From positions 6,200,001-6,264,000 of the forward strand of contig CM022668.1 of NCBI GenBank assembly GCA_012295275.1: a stretch of DNA of 64,000 nucleotides, given 5' to 3'. Below are positions 1 to 30,309 of the stretch, piece after piece (the stretch's first letter is position 1; each line of letters begins with the position of its first letter). The translations under genes and the position numbers were made by a program. Under the pieces are notes generated by a model that was given only the letters and a program-made list of their open reading frames with translations, had not been told where the DNA came from and made no database searches. Source of the DNA: Chrysomallon squamiferum. Lineage: Eukaryota > Animalia > Mollusca.

Positions 1-97
1 ATCCTGCATTTCTTTTATTAATTATAAAACATGAAATACGACTGAAGATCTTTGAGGCGAAACATTTCAAGTGAAGCGTGTATTTCACGTACTACTA

Positions 98-274
98 CTA
101 ATGTTTCTTGTTGTCTTTGTTCAAGTTCTCAACTTGCTTAACATTGAAGACATGCATGACGTTAGTGATTAGGTTAACGTTGTCGATTTGCTGGATATTA
201 TGGACTTGCTTATTTTTGATGACTTGCTGAACGTTCTGTATTTGCTTAACTTGTAAACTGGACAATAATCTGGA
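98..274 (-). CDS. Putative terminal exon encoding a Gln/Asn/Val hexapeptide repeat
   Basis: Open frame ...LQVKQIQNVQQVIKNKQVHNIQQIDNVNLITNVMHVFNVKQVENLNKDNKKH* with candidate acceptors giving exon starts at 274 or 257. Candidate upstream exons: 962-936 (TTTTCTTCAG...GTAAAA) and one ending at 1276 (GTAAGA). Confidence 0.4.
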   Translation of the reverse strand, partial: SRLLSSLQVKQIQNVQQVIKNKQVHNIQQIDNVNLITNVMHVFNVKQVENLNKDNKKH

Positions 275-538
275 CTGATTTTAGAAATTGGGTAATTTCG
301 AAGGGTGCATCTTATTAAGCATGACTCTTTGTATAATTACATGTGTCCATCAGATATCTAGAATTTTCTAATACATCGATTCATCTGACCATCCATCCAT
401 CCATTCACAGATTCATGCATCCTTCCGCTTATCTGTTCATTGTCCGTCAGTTAGTTCTTCCATAAGTAAATGTATATGTCTGTTAGTATCTATAAATATA
501 TGCATATGCCTAGTTCTAACTCTGTCTGTTTGTCTGTT

Positions 539-712
539 TGTGCATTTGTGAATGATAACGATAATCGATATTATATAAAAGATGTCAGTACGACTGTACC
601 ATTTATCTGTCTGTCTATATGTCAGTTTCTCGTGTCTGTTTCTTTGTGCATTTGTGATTGATAACGATAATCGATACAATATGAAAGATGTCAGTACGAC
701 TGTAGCATTTAC
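539..712. repeat. Local tandem duplication, period ~106 bp
   Basis: tgtgcatttgtga.tgataacgataatcgata..atat.aaagatgtcagtacgactgta.cattta occurs twice. Confidence 0.8.
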
Positions 713-1589
713 CTGGTTGTTTTTCTGTTTGTCTACATGTCTGTATAATCTTTGTATCCGTCTGTTTGTGAGTTTTACTGTCTGTCTGTCTGTCTGTCGG
801 TCTGTCTGAGTATCAGTCAGTATATCTTTCTATAAATGAACTCTTCTCAGTTATCGATAGAAACACTGAGTTATTTCATTTAGAAATAATCGATTATAGC
901 AAATAATAAAATTAATCGAGGAAACTGGATTTTACCTGCAAAAAGTTTATTTTCGTATCGTTCTGAAGAAAACAGTGGAAAATAATTTTTTTTTTTTTTT
1001 TCACATTTATAATTTAAACACAGTATTTAACACAGTCAGTACTTTTATATGCAATGGATTAATTAAAGATAAAAATATAATTAATAATCAATATAGGTGT
1101 TTTAACAACTATATAGTTAAACAGCATCGGGGTTCTTCGGCGCATTAAATGAAAATATAATGATTCTAAGGTTAAAGGCCCTTACACACTAGACAATTCT
1201 ACAAGTTAAAGTTATGTATGGATAAGAGTGGCGGGCTCTGAAATCGCTTCTTGGAACAAGTCTTCAGAATCTTACGTCGAAGACACGGCTCCTGAAACCT
1301 TCATTTCTTGTTACAGCTTTACATTACGAAAATGTATTCTATTGTGAATTGATTTAAGATAAGTAATTAAATAAATAATTAAAGAAAGTAAGTAAAAATT
1401 TATTTATAAATAAATAAATAAATAAATAAAAAAATAAATAAATAAATAAATAAATAAAGGAAAAGTAAAGAAAAATACGAGAAAACAAAAGAAATAACGT
1501 CACAAACAAACAAACAAACAAACCAATACACAAATAAACAAAAAAGTATAGAAAAACAAGAGAAAAATCATTTCAAACAAATAAACAGA

Positions 1590-1633
<44 letters not shown>

Positions 1634-1705
1634 GACTTTGCGATTGTCGTTTGTTGTTGTTTGTTGTTGTTGTTGTTGTTGTTCTTCTTCTTCTTCTTCT
1701 TCTTC

Positions 1706-1745
<40 letters not shown>

Positions 1746-2599
1746 ATTATTATTATTATTATTTCTTTATTATTATTACTAAAGTTATTATTGTTGCTGT
1801 TGTTTTTGCAGATTTCCGATGTATATTTTATAGGTCATCTATTCAAGCATAATATTACGTTCTTGTTTTCTTTCGATAAACGTCTGAATATATCAACTTT
1901 GAATAGATTCAGTATGTTGTGTTGTTATTTCAGTTTTCTTTATTTTGCAAATGATTTTCTCTCCTCCACTGATCTGTGAACCACAAATATATTTACTTCT
2001 ATGAGTATGGGTACTTCACCTATCAATAAATACACACGGATTATTAATTACCTCTCATGAACTGTTCGACTGCCACTCAGTGAAAATGAATGTGTTGTAT
2101 TGTGTGCAAAATTAGTTTTCTCTCTAAGAAGTATACATGATCTCTTATAACCAGGCTTTACAGTTACTATGATAACAGGTTGAGTTCAAGGATCGTAATA
2201 CAATATGACAAAACGTGAACATTTTATAGACGACAAATAAGATTATACTATTATTTTTCATGATTGTCAGATTTATTATCGACTTCATAAAATTGTATTT
2301 AACTTTTTAATTTTAAGACTATTTATTTTAATATTTATACATTCATGCATTCGTTCATTTATTTATTCATTCGTTTATTCATTTATTTATTTTATTGATA
2401 TATTTAAGTATTTATTTTATTTATTTTATTTCAGTAACTTTTTTAGTTCTGTTGTGTCATGTTAAAGTGATGAGTGCTTGATGCTAAAGTGGTTAAATCA
2501 ATTAAGAAACTTTGAGAGTGAGGAACTGATGTTAACAGAACTATTTACTTCAATAAATTACTTGCTATTTAATTATTTAGAATTACAGGTTAAAAGAAA

Positions 2600-3155
2600 T
2601 AACTGGTTACTTTCTTAAGATATCATCTTTATCATGTCAAGTTGAATAACGAACGCAACTTGGCAAAGCCTCGCTGCACTTGGCATTCTAACCTTCGCTG
2701 GAAAAAGCTCATATTTTAAGATCCATCGATGAACATAGAGTATACATTCCGCTATAAACAAAAATAAAAAATGACTGTCCTATAATATAAACAATGAGAC
2801 AGACAGAGACAGATCTATAGATGTATAAATATATATATATACACACAGCAAATCAATACACAGCAGTAAACTTGGCATTTAGCGATCGTTATGCCAATTC
2901 GCTGCCTCTGTATCAATCTTTAGTTCTTCACGATACAAAACAGAGAAAATAGCCAATAAGATAAACAAACGCCTCTCCTTATCGATACATCTATTTCTGA
3001 AGTATTAAAACAAACCAGTGAACTTAGGACAATTATTCTGAACTCAGAAATCAACGGTGCAACGCAGATAACCGAAGGAACGTAATATTTGAACCATAAG
3101 CAAGAAAACTGGATTTATGTTATTTCTTATTTTAAGATTCTTCCAAAGATTAAAA
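2600..3155 (+). promoter_or_regulatory. Conserved upstream region (probable promoter/5' UTR) of the FReD genes
   Basis: Homologous blocks lie upstream of C (36584-37150), D (44900-45460) and E (56028-56630) but not B. All four retain AGCCAAT next to AGATAAAC (CCAAT- and GATA-like motifs). Function is inferred. Confidence 0.5.
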
Positions 3156-18386
<15,231 letters not shown>

Positions 18387-18649
18387 GGCCAGTTTAGTAC
18401 TGAAGTTAAGATTAGTTTAGTTTTGAAATTAAAGTTCAGCTTCTTCATTTGAGTCTTGTATAAGTTTTAATATCTCTCGGCAGTATGAAGATGTTTATTT
18501 AATTACTTTAAAATTATATTTGTTTTTAATTGGTTATTTAGTATTGGTTTATTTACACGTGTGTTCGTTGTTTATTTATTTTCTCTTATTTTTTTCTCAG
18601 AGGGATTAATTTTCAATGAGCTATTTTTATTCCATGTTCTAAAATAAAG

Positions 18650-18990
18650 ATCAGTTGATGAAGCTGTGTCTTGAAGGAAGAGTTCATCAAACTTTTTGTT
18701 GTAAAGGAATATTTCATAAAACTTTCCATGGAACATTCCAATTCGGAACAGTTAATCAAGCTTTGTTCTTATGGAATATTCCATGTCGGATCAGGATCGT
18801 CAAACTTTGTAGTAATGGAACATTCCATGTTGGAAAAGTTCGTCAAACTTCGTTCTTATGGAACATTCGATGTGGGAATATTTCATGAACGTTTGTTTTA
18901 ATGGATCATTCCATGTGGGAACAGTTCGTCAAACTTCGTTCTAATGGAACATTCCGCCGGAACAGTTCATCAGGCTCTTTTCTAAAGGAA
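18650..18990 (+). repeat. Degenerate ~43-bp minisatellite downstream of the FReD genes
   Basis: Unit GGAACATTCCATGTTGGAAAAGTTCGTCAAACTTCGTTCTTAT (starts at 18817 and 18860). Reverse copies lie near 32285-32440, 40145-40215 and 52270-52410. Confidence 0.75.
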
Positions 18991-19467
18991 GATTCCGTGC
19001 GTAACCACGCTGTATATCAATACTGTTTGAAACACGTTCATATAAAACCTTTCTTTTTCTTCTGTTGTTATCACTTGATGTCTGTCTGTGTACATTTACT
19101 TTTAATAAAGCTATTAACATCTTCTTTTTATAGAACATGAAATGTTTTATCTGACTCTTCGTGTCACAGAACAATTCAAACTTCAGGCTGAAGAGTTTAC
19201 TAAGGGAAGTCACTTATGTTTTTATTGATTTCAGCAAAATAACCAGGGGATTCAGATCGATTTGATGTTTAATACACATTTTTTATTTCTGCGAGTGAAT
19301 TCTCTCGCTATAATGTTTTGTACTGGGAATTATATGCCAGGCAAGTTTAATTAAAACTATGTCTTTGTTAGAAATAATGATAATTTGTGACTCCATTTAA
19401 TAATAAAACGATTGATTAAAACAAAAAAAATCTTTGGAATCTATTTCATATTTTATAATTATAATTA

Positions 19468-19534
<67 letters not shown>

Positions 19535-19996
19535 TACATGTTTTATGTACTAACGTATTTTGTTAATGAAATATTGTGTGTCAATGTTGTAGTTCAATTT
19601 CTTATTACAGTATTAACTACCACAACACCTTTGTTGACACCAACTTCAAGACCACTGTTAACTGTAATCGTCATAATCCTTAGCGTCGTCATTATGATCA
19701 CCAACATCATCATCATCATCACCTTAACTACAGCCGTTATATTTGTGTGAACCTTTTCGATCATAATCATGGACTTCATTATTATCGTTATTATCAAAAC
19801 AGCATCATTATTATCAGCTTCATCAAAATCATCAGCATTGCATAATGATTATAAGGAAATTGAATATTTTTCAGTTGTTTCACTTTATAATGTTCAAATA
19901 TTTGTCTTATTTTAAATTTTTATTTATTTGCTTTTAATTTAATTAATTTTTCTCCCTCATCCAATCTTAACTAATTTACAAGAAAAGAGTACATTT

Positions 19997-20028
<32 letters not shown>

Positions 20029-20509
20029 GTGACATCGCCAAGTACGCCATGACGTCACAGCTCGGATTACGAAAGAAAAAAAATGGCGGCTTTTAAATGT
20101 TATCTGACAGTATAGCGTACCTCTCCTGCTTTGTTATGAGCGATGAAAGATGAACCAAACCAGTCAAATAACAACTAAAGAATAAATAGTTTAAAGAATT
20201 TTATTAGACTGGATGTACGTGAGAAAAAACAGGAATAATACAGATTAATGATATTAAAATGTGAAATATGTTTTCAAAGCTTTTAAACTTGTATTCTCCC
20301 GAAGAAAAAAACACACAACAAAACAAGAACAAAAACAACAACAACAACAACAACAAACAAAACAAAACAAAAAACAACAACAACAACAATATGGTATAAT
20401 AGATTATTATTATTATTATCTTAAATTGATATCCTATTTGTCTCACGTAACGTTAACAACAACAATACTGCTTTAAATGTAAAATTAACAAAGACGGAAT
20501 TTTAAAACA

Positions 20510-20541
<32 letters not shown>

Positions 20542-21257
20542 ATATCATATAAAAAGTGAAACCAGGTAATTCTCTATAAGTAAATTTTGTTCTTGACATT
20601 TCGAAAAAATCGAAAACTCATTTACCTCACCAAGGCCTCTTAAATAAAAGAGCAAAAATCCATACAAAATACTGAACAGAGAACTGGTCTATTCATCTCT
20701 AAGGAATAATAAGAATCTGTATATAATTCTTATAAACGTTAATAACAGGCAACAAAATGTTTTCAAAAACAAAATCAACCTCATTTAACAAACACATGGT
20801 ATATCTTCAAGAGAAAACTGGTCTTATTTTCATTTCAGTTCTCTTCAACGAGTAGAACTGGCCTCTCCACGAATTCCAAGTAACTCCTTCGGCGTATACC
20901 TTAGTAAGGCCCCCCAGGTACATACCGTTTAGATTAGCACTATGACATTTTTTGTACCACCAGGCACCTTTATAACGTTGAGCACAGTTCCCGTTTTTAT
21001 TAATGTCATTGTCAACATCCTTTGTACTGAACGAAAACCGCTATATCCGCTCAGTGAGTTTCCTTAAAATAATAACAGTTGTATTAGTGGTTGTAATAGT
21101 GGCGGTGCTAGTAGTAGTAGTAGTAGTAGTAGTATAGTAAGTATTGTTGTTGATTTCGTTGTTGTACTGTTATGAAAATGATACAACAATAGTAGCAATA
21201 ATATAATGAACAGTATTTCATGAGTTATTTTAATAATAACAATCTCTGGGCTTCTAG

Positions 21258-21306
<49 letters not shown>

Positions 21307-21648
21307 TATACTTTGTTGTACGTGCATTATCTGTTGTCATAGCAACCTACTATAACACATTTTTTTTTCTATTGAACTAATGTCTGTTTCCATACCAACC
21401 TGCGTTTCCGCTGTAAGATTCAATGTGTAGAGTGTAGTTCTCTGCCTCACTACCCAGTGAAAATGTCGAGTACATCGCGTAACGTTTGTTTCCTTCAAAG
21501 TCTTCTAGATCAACACGTAGCATGTATTTCAGTTTACTTGTTATCTTGTAGATGTTCTCGTTTCCTGAAGAAAAGAAATATATTAATTGATATAAAAATA
21601 ATAGTAGTAGCTGTAATAATAATAATAATCAAGAACAACAATAAAAGT

Positions 21649-21681
<33 letters not shown>

Positions 21682-22050
21682 AGAAAGAACAAGAAGAAGA
21701 AGAAGAAAAATAATAATATTCTAAGACTTTACATTCAAGTATCATTTTTCTTTGAACATAAAACAAAAGACTTATTTATCACAGTTACCTTATAGATGCA
21801 TCTCATGAATTAGCAAATAATTTCTTACCCAACCAGTATTCTCTTTCTACATCTCCAAATCCTTCCTTGTATTCCTGCCATGTTCTGTAGAAGTCTGTAG
21901 ATCCGTCCATCCGTCTTTGTATAATCTGTAGATTAATAACAATGTTTTTTTTTTTTTTTTTACTATTTTAGAAATGTCTTTTTATATTTAGGTGTATTTA
22001 CAACTAGCTTTGCCTTATTACTTTGGAAGAAAACAATACAAAAAAAAAAT

Positions 22051-22185
22051 ATGTGTTGTAAATCTTTTAACTTCTTCACATCTACCTTGGAGTGTCAACT
22101 CAACTACAAACCAAAAGAAGAAAGATCACAAGATTTTGTCACTAAGAAAGGATCAATTTACCAAGACAAAAATTCTATAGACAAG

Positions 22186-22190
<5 letters not shown>
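22051..22190 (+). pseudogene. Inverted 3' half of a PAN exon (exon 1), with donor site, inside intron 3 of copy B
   Basis: Translates [45 protein letters not shown]|GTGA and shares the B-type codons ACT AAG. Confidence 0.9.
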
Positions 22191-22267
<77 letters not shown>

Positions 22268-22764
22268 AAATAAAAAAAATATATTACCGGTTTTTGTAGA
22301 GGAAAGAAATAAAGAACAAAAAATATAGATAAAAATATAGATAAATAAATAAATAAACAAACAAACAAACATACGAATGAACTAATGAATGAACGAATAA
22401 ATGAAGAAATAACGAGTCAATGAAATGAAATACTTATAAAATGACTGGTCCCTTCTTACCAGCCAACCACCGTACAGCGTTGACATGTCACAAAACACTG
22501 TCACGTTGTTAACTTCATATGACGTCAGTACTGCAATTCCAGAACATGGAACCATCATCATGACGTCATAGCAGTTACGCATCGCTCCCGTTGTTTGATC
22601 TGTCAAATATATTATTTATTTATCAAGCAGAAATATGCCGTAAAGATGAAAAAATCTAAATAAAGTTCTTATTATTTATCATTTTATTTTATTTTATTTT
22701 ATTTTATGTATTAACCTTTTTTTATTATTATATATTTACTATTTATTTATTTATGTATTTATTA

Positions 22765-22826
<62 letters not shown>

Positions 22827-23489
22827 GTTATGTTCGTTATTACTTTTTCTTTATTAGTGAGTATCTCATTTTTTATTTAGTTTTACCTAAAGACTCTTTT
22901 GTCGATGCTAGTGCTACGTTACTGTCACGTGATACACATTTTCTTTGTTCTTCACGTACTTCACATTGCTGATACGACGAACAGACGGCCGTACCACAGA
23001 TTCCAGATACAGACTGCAAACAACAAGATGAAGAAAATTAAGAAGCGAACAAGCAAAAGAAAAAGAAGAAAAATATAATGGAAAAAAGCCAAAGAAAAGG
23101 AAGAAGATAAAGACGAAGAAGTTGAAGAAGCTGAAGAAAAGAGAGAAAAACAACAACAAAGAGAATATTAAATTTAAATGAAAAAAAAGATACAGCAAAA
23201 AATAAAAATGAAAGATAAAAGAAATCAACTAATAAATTAATAAATTAAAAATATCGTTCATCATCAATAGTGGTAATAGTAGTAGTTGTTTTTTGGTGTT
23301 TTTATGTAGATGTACTAGCAGCAGAATGGTACTAGTAACAGCTTTAGTTATTGTAACAGCAGCAGCAGCAGCAGCAGCAGGAGCCGTAACAGTAGCAACA
23401 GCAGCAGCAGCAACAACAGTAGTAGTATAAGTAGCGGAAGAAGAGCAATAGAATTTGTGGTAGTAGTAGTGATAGTGTTTGCTGTTTAG

Positions 23490-23835
23490 AGTAACAAAAT
23501 AATAGTTATAGCAGTAAGAATGCTTATGTCTTATAGTAATACTTCCAGTAGCAAAATAATAGTTATAGCAGTAGGAATGTTTATGTCTTATAGTAATACT
23601 TCCAGTAGTAAAATAATAGTTATAGCAGTAGGAATGTTTATGTCTTATAGTAATACTTCCAGTAGTAAAATAATAGTTATAGCAGTAGGAATGTTTATGT
23701 CTTATAGTAATACTTCCAGTAGTAAAATAATAGTTATAGCAGTAGGAAATGTATTTATATCTTATAGTAATATTTCCAGTAGTAAAATAATAGTTATAGT
23801 AGTAGCAATGTTTATGATAGTAATACTTCCAGTAA
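23490..23835 (+). repeat. 57-bp minisatellite (AGTAGGAATGTTTATGTCTTATAGTAATACTTCCAGTAGTAAAATAATAGTTATAGC)
   Basis: About 6 units; source of the spurious MFMSYSNTSSSKIIVIAVG ORF. Confidence 0.9.
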
Positions 23836-23848
23836 TGATGTGAAATAT

Positions 23849-23960
<112 letters not shown>

Positions 23961-24694
23961 ATTTATTTTTGTTGTTGTTTTTTATTCATTCCAACAACAG
24001 GAACAAAACAACAGAGCGTTACGTTTCATCCTTTTTTTTATTCACATTTGATCAAAACTGCTTAATACTGCATGAAGATATTCAAACTTTTCAATCCATT
24101 ACTCTGGAGACAAGCAGCTCCATTGATGTGAATACATCTACAGAAACAAAGGCAGTGAACCAGCTTTGATATGACAAAAGCTAGACTGCTGCTTGATGTT
24201 ATATTTATACTAAAAGAAACAATAAAGTTTTAATTACGATATAGCATCATGGTTTCACTGCACTGGTGATAATCTCTTTTGTGTACAGTTCTAAACCCGA
24301 TTCATTTAAAATTTAATTACGTGTGCATGACTGATGACTTCTACTACTGTCTTTGTTCTGTTCAAAAATGATTTGATTTCACTGAATGACGACTACATTA
24401 ATTGAATTTATTCATCCTTCCGTCCATCCATTCATTCATCCTTCCATCCATCCATTCATTCATCCGTTTAACGGAGTATCTATTTCTTATGACTGATAAC
24501 TAAATTATTTTGAATTTATCCATCCATCCATTCATTCATGTATTAGTCCTTTGATCAGTGGATCTGTTTCTCATCTATCGATCTTTACTTATCTATATAT
24601 TTTCTATATACCTAGATACTTATATATTTACCTATCTATCTATTCATCCATCAGTCCATCCATCCATCCATGTACCAATGTATCTGTCTATCTG

Positions 24695-24885
<191 letters not shown>

Positions 24886-24942
24886 ATATCTGTCTATCTG
24901 TATCTCGTATTTGTTTTATGATGTAATAAGATTATTTCCTTA

Positions 24943-25082
24943 CGTTGGATCTCATAGCAACATGTAACTGCTATGACGTCATGAGATCGAATGGCTGTAC
25001 TGACGTATACACACTGACTGCGTCAGAAGTATGAAACCTCACTGTGTTTTGTCATGTGACAACACTTTCTTGTGGCTGGATG
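24943..25082 (+). pseudogene. Decayed, diverged FReD exon 3
   Basis: Translates NCYDVMRSNGCTDVYTLTASEV*NLTVFCHVTTLSCGWM|GTGCGA, aligning with NCYDVM...[19 protein letters not shown]. In-frame TGA; the start coordinate is approximate. Confidence 0.75.
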
Positions 25083-25516
25083 GTGCGACATTCATGTTGC
25101 TGTTGTTGTTGATTGTGTTGTTCTTATTCGTGGTAGTGGTAGTAGTTGTAATAGTGTTAGTAGCAACAGTACAAAAGAATAAAAATGAAGTAGTAGCAAC
25201 AATAATGGTAGTGGAAATAGTTTTAGTGAAATTAGTTATAGTACTGGCAGTAATTGTAGTAGAAGTAGCAGTAGTTCATTTTGTAGCAGCAATTAGTGGA
25301 ATTCTTGTAGTTGTGGTGGTCGTAGTTAACGTGATGATAATAATTAAAGTAGTAATATTAGTAGTAGTAATTGTTGTTGTACTTGTAGTGCCAGCAACAA
25401 GAGCAGAAGAGCTGACTAATAATAGTGACAATGGTGGTAGTAGTGACAATGGTGACAATAGTAATGGTAGTAGTAGTCGTAGTAGACATAGCAACAACCG
25501 CAGTAGTAGTTAAGGC

Positions 25517-26311
<795 letters not shown>

Positions 26312-26332
26312 AGCAGAACACTAGTAGTTGTC

Positions 26333-26414
<82 letters not shown>

Positions 26415-26846
26415 AAGTGGTAACAGCTGTAGAAAAGTAGCAATCATTTGAGCAATAGTAGCCGAATAATATTAGTAATATGTGTAGTGATGGAAAGGCT
26501 GAACTAGTACTAGTATTAGTCACAGTCAATGTAGCTATAGTAACAGAGATATAGTATTAGGAGCAATGTTGGTCTTCGCCGATATGATAGTAGCATCGTG
26601 GTAGTTGTAGGTATATAACGGTAGTAGTTGTAGTGATAGCAATAGTTGTAGTGAAAGAAATATCAGTAGCAGCGGTAATAGTAATAGTAGTAGCAATAGA
26701 AGTAGAACTAGAAGTAGAATGTATGTATATAGGTATGTTTGTCTGTCTGAGTATGTATGTGTATATGCTTTTGTGTGTTTTTGTGTCTGACTAAGTGTTT
26801 GAGTGTCTATGTCAGTGTGCATTATAGTTTTCTGCAGATTACACAG

Positions 26847-26943
26847 ATTATACAAAGACTGATGGACGGATCTACAGACTTCTACAGAACATAGCAGGAA
26901 TACAAGGAAGGATTCGGAAATGGAGAAAGAGAATTTTGGTTGG
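26847..26943 (+). pseudogene. Inverted FReD exon 4 with a nonsense mutation
   Basis: 97 nt, bounded by AG/GT: [32 protein letters not shown], with TGG>TAG at 26892-26894. Confidence 0.92.
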
Positions 26944-28168
26944 GTTAGTGTTTTTTTTTTTTTTTTTTTTTTCGTTTTAATAAGAAATATTTTGTTATGA
27001 ATTCAAAGATAAATATAAACATAGGCTGAAACAGGTTTTTTAACAATAAACATACGGTCATTTTATTTATTATTTATTTATTTAGGTGGACTGTTTTCTC
27101 TTTCACAAAAGGGAATCATTAAATAGCAGTAGCAATAATCTTACTAATGTTGCACGAATAAAAATAGTAGGTAAAGTTAGAGAACTAATAATAGCTACAG
27201 TAGTAGTAGTAGCAGTAGTAGTTTCTGTTGTATAAAAATAAACAAACATTAAAATATCTCACCTTGTCTATAGAATTTTTGTCTTGGTAAATTGATCCTT
27301 TCTTAGTGACAAAATCTTGTGAACTTTCTTCCTTTGTTTTGTAGTTGAGTTGACACTCCAGGGTAGATGTGAAGAAGTTAAAAGATTTACAACATTTATC
27401 AGCTACACAGGCAGCAGAACAGTCATACAACGACGAGTGAGACGTCGTGGTCATGACGTGGTTTCGAAATTCCATGTCTCGATGTATCACACACATCACC
27501 CGAGTAAGAAAGAGGAAATAAAATCCAGAAATTTTCATTTCTGACTTTTTTTTTTTTTTTTTAAGTCTATCTGAAATTTCTGAAAGCACTGGTATAGAAC
27601 AATTAAAATGTTCTGGTATTTTTTGTTGTTTTTTCTGTATTATCTTAACTAGTGTATTCCTAACGTTTTGTTGCCATTAGGATTGACTAAACGACAAACA
27701 CTCATCGACAGCCAAAGTTAATGTCTACCACTAGTTATATAGTTAAGAGCAGAACTAAAGGTATTTAAACACCGAATGATTTTTTGAAGGGATTATCCGT
27801 TTACTGGATATAATTGTACTGATTTCAAAATTTCTGTCTTAATGATATGATACGAGATCTTCAAAATGATTCACGCTCAAATTTCCCGTTTATTAATAAA
27901 GGAATAATAAAGGAAAAATCATTTAGCTGCTCTGTATTGTTTCTATTATTTTTAAGTGAAGTAGCTAACACTTATTGTGTATCACTTGCTAAAGTCTCAA
28001 AAAAGTGAGAAACAAAAGATGCGATCTTAGGAAAATAAAGATTTTTTTAATTTAACGTAGAGAGCTTTGTTTTCAATAAAGATCAATTGATTAATGTCTT
28101 CCTGATAGTAACAAGTAAAATGAATAGCTATGAGTAGCAAAAATAATATTAATAACCCGAACAGCACA

Positions 28169-28236
<68 letters not shown>

Positions 28237-28345
28237 GTGTAATAACAAGAATAATAATGATAAATAATAACAATAATAATAAGAAGAATAACAACAACAC
28301 CAACAACAATAAGAATAAGTATTATTATTGTTATTATTATTCTTA

Positions 28346-28446
<101 letters not shown>

Positions 28447-29081
28447 GATAGATAGATAAATTAATTAACTGACAGACAGACAGACAGCTACAGATATATA
28501 AACTGATGTAGATGCTGATATAGATCTAGATACAAACAATGATCATGAAAATAAATAATTATGTTTATTTCGTAAAAAAGCCTATTTCAGAAATGTATCA
28601 AGGATAATAATTCCTTTCTGTTTAGACAAGAGAGCAATTGACCAAGTTTTAAAACAGAAAACTTGATCCAATAATATTTATATCATTCCAGATCTATCAT
28701 TTCCAATCCACTAAATCGAGCATACACTCTTACTCTATCTTCAACTCTTAAATTACAGAGCAGATATTTGGTTTTATGACACCAGTTACGCCAAAGAAAG
28801 GAAGAATCGTTATGTCAATTTTTTTTTGTGTGTCACACTTTACTCTGTCCTGACAGACCGAAAAATCTATAAAAGAGTCATATCAATCTGTCTCATACAT
28901 TTTTAAGGCATTTCCGTGGGACGTACAATTGTAATACTTTGTGTTTAAAAGCTGGACGAAACGGTTGTGACTTTCAAAGGAAAATGACGTCTAAATTATT
29001 AACAACAGACTAAATTACTTCAGGCGATAATGTAAATTCACTTTGATAATTATCATAAAATTTGATTTAAAAAAAAATAAA

Positions 29082-29167
29082 ATAAAAATTCTATACTGAT
29101 TTTTTCTTTCTTCCGCGGGTGATGGGTGTGATACATCGAGACATGGAGTTTCAACTCCACGTCATGA
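29082..29167 (+). pseudogene. Truncated 5' part of a B-type exon 1 (signal peptide region)
   Basis: cgggtgatgggtgtgatacatcgagacatggagtttcaactccacgtcatga ([17 protein letters not shown]) matches B exon 1. The start codon appears to be mutated to ATA. Confidence 0.8.
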
Positions 29168-29697
29168 AATCGCAGGTGCTCTGTATTTCTAGATTTGCCC
29201 GATTTTTTTGATACAAGCTCATTACTACTTTTATTATTATCATCACTTTCACTACGACCACTACAACTACAGCTGCGGCTTGAGTTGCTGTTGTTGCTGC
29301 TACAACAACATTAGCTATTGCTACTTCTAGTACAGTTACTGCCACTACTACTACTACTACTATCACTAACACTATTTCAACTATCGTTTTTAATACTGTT
29401 TTATTTTTTGTACATTTGTGATGTTTCTGCTAACATTATTACCACTACTACAACTGCCACGAATAACAACAATACAATCAACAACAACTGCAACATGTAG
29501 ATCGCACCATCCAGCCCTATATATATAAATCACATGAAATTGAATAAAATAAACATTTAATAAATGGGTAAATTCTGTAATTAATGTAATTAAATTAATT
29601 ATATATAACTATACAGAAATGGAAGTGAATCGAAAATTATCCAAAATGTAACAAACTTATGTTAAAAATGTTTCCAAGCAAAACGACAATGAAACAG

Positions 29698-29759
<62 letters not shown>

Positions 29760-30060
29760 AAGAAATACTTCAATACAGATCCAGAACAGTGGCTTTGAAA
29801 GATCCATCTCTAACGTCAATAATAAAATATTCAAGTGATTTCTCGTTTTCCTCTTTTCAAATACAAATACTGTGTTGGATGAGCAGAATTTCGTTTTGTA
29901 AGTGCATTTAATAATATATCTGTTCTACATGCTCCAGCGAATTCAGCATAAATGTAAACGAAGAAAGAATATAAAAAACAAAATTGTTCTTGTTAAAGTT
30001 ATTGTTATTGTTTATACTGCCTCACCTATACCACCACTACAACTTATTTTAATGTAGTCG

Positions 30061-30107
<47 letters not shown>

Positions 30108-30111
30108 GTTG

Positions 30112-30155
<44 letters not shown>

Positions 30156-30309
30156 GTTGTTGTTGTTGTTGTTGTTATTATTATTATTATTATTGTTATT
30201 ATTATTATTATTATTAATTATCATGGTTATCGTCATCATTATCATCATCATTATTATTATCATCATCGTCATGATTACTGTTATTATAGCTACTAATGCT
30301 ATTTCTTGT

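Noticed and set aside
21457-21795. Recurrent MKMSSTSRN... ORF (also 4976, 34339, 42140, 54004)
   Set aside because: It is the antisense shadow of FReD exon 5; its recurrence follows from the paralogy.
23520-23843. Repeat protein MFMSYSNTSSSKIIVIAVG
   Set aside because: It is the stop-free frame of a 57-bp minisatellite, with frame breaks among copies and no splice support. The unit is unrelated in sequence to the 19-bp satellite despite 57 = 3 x 19.
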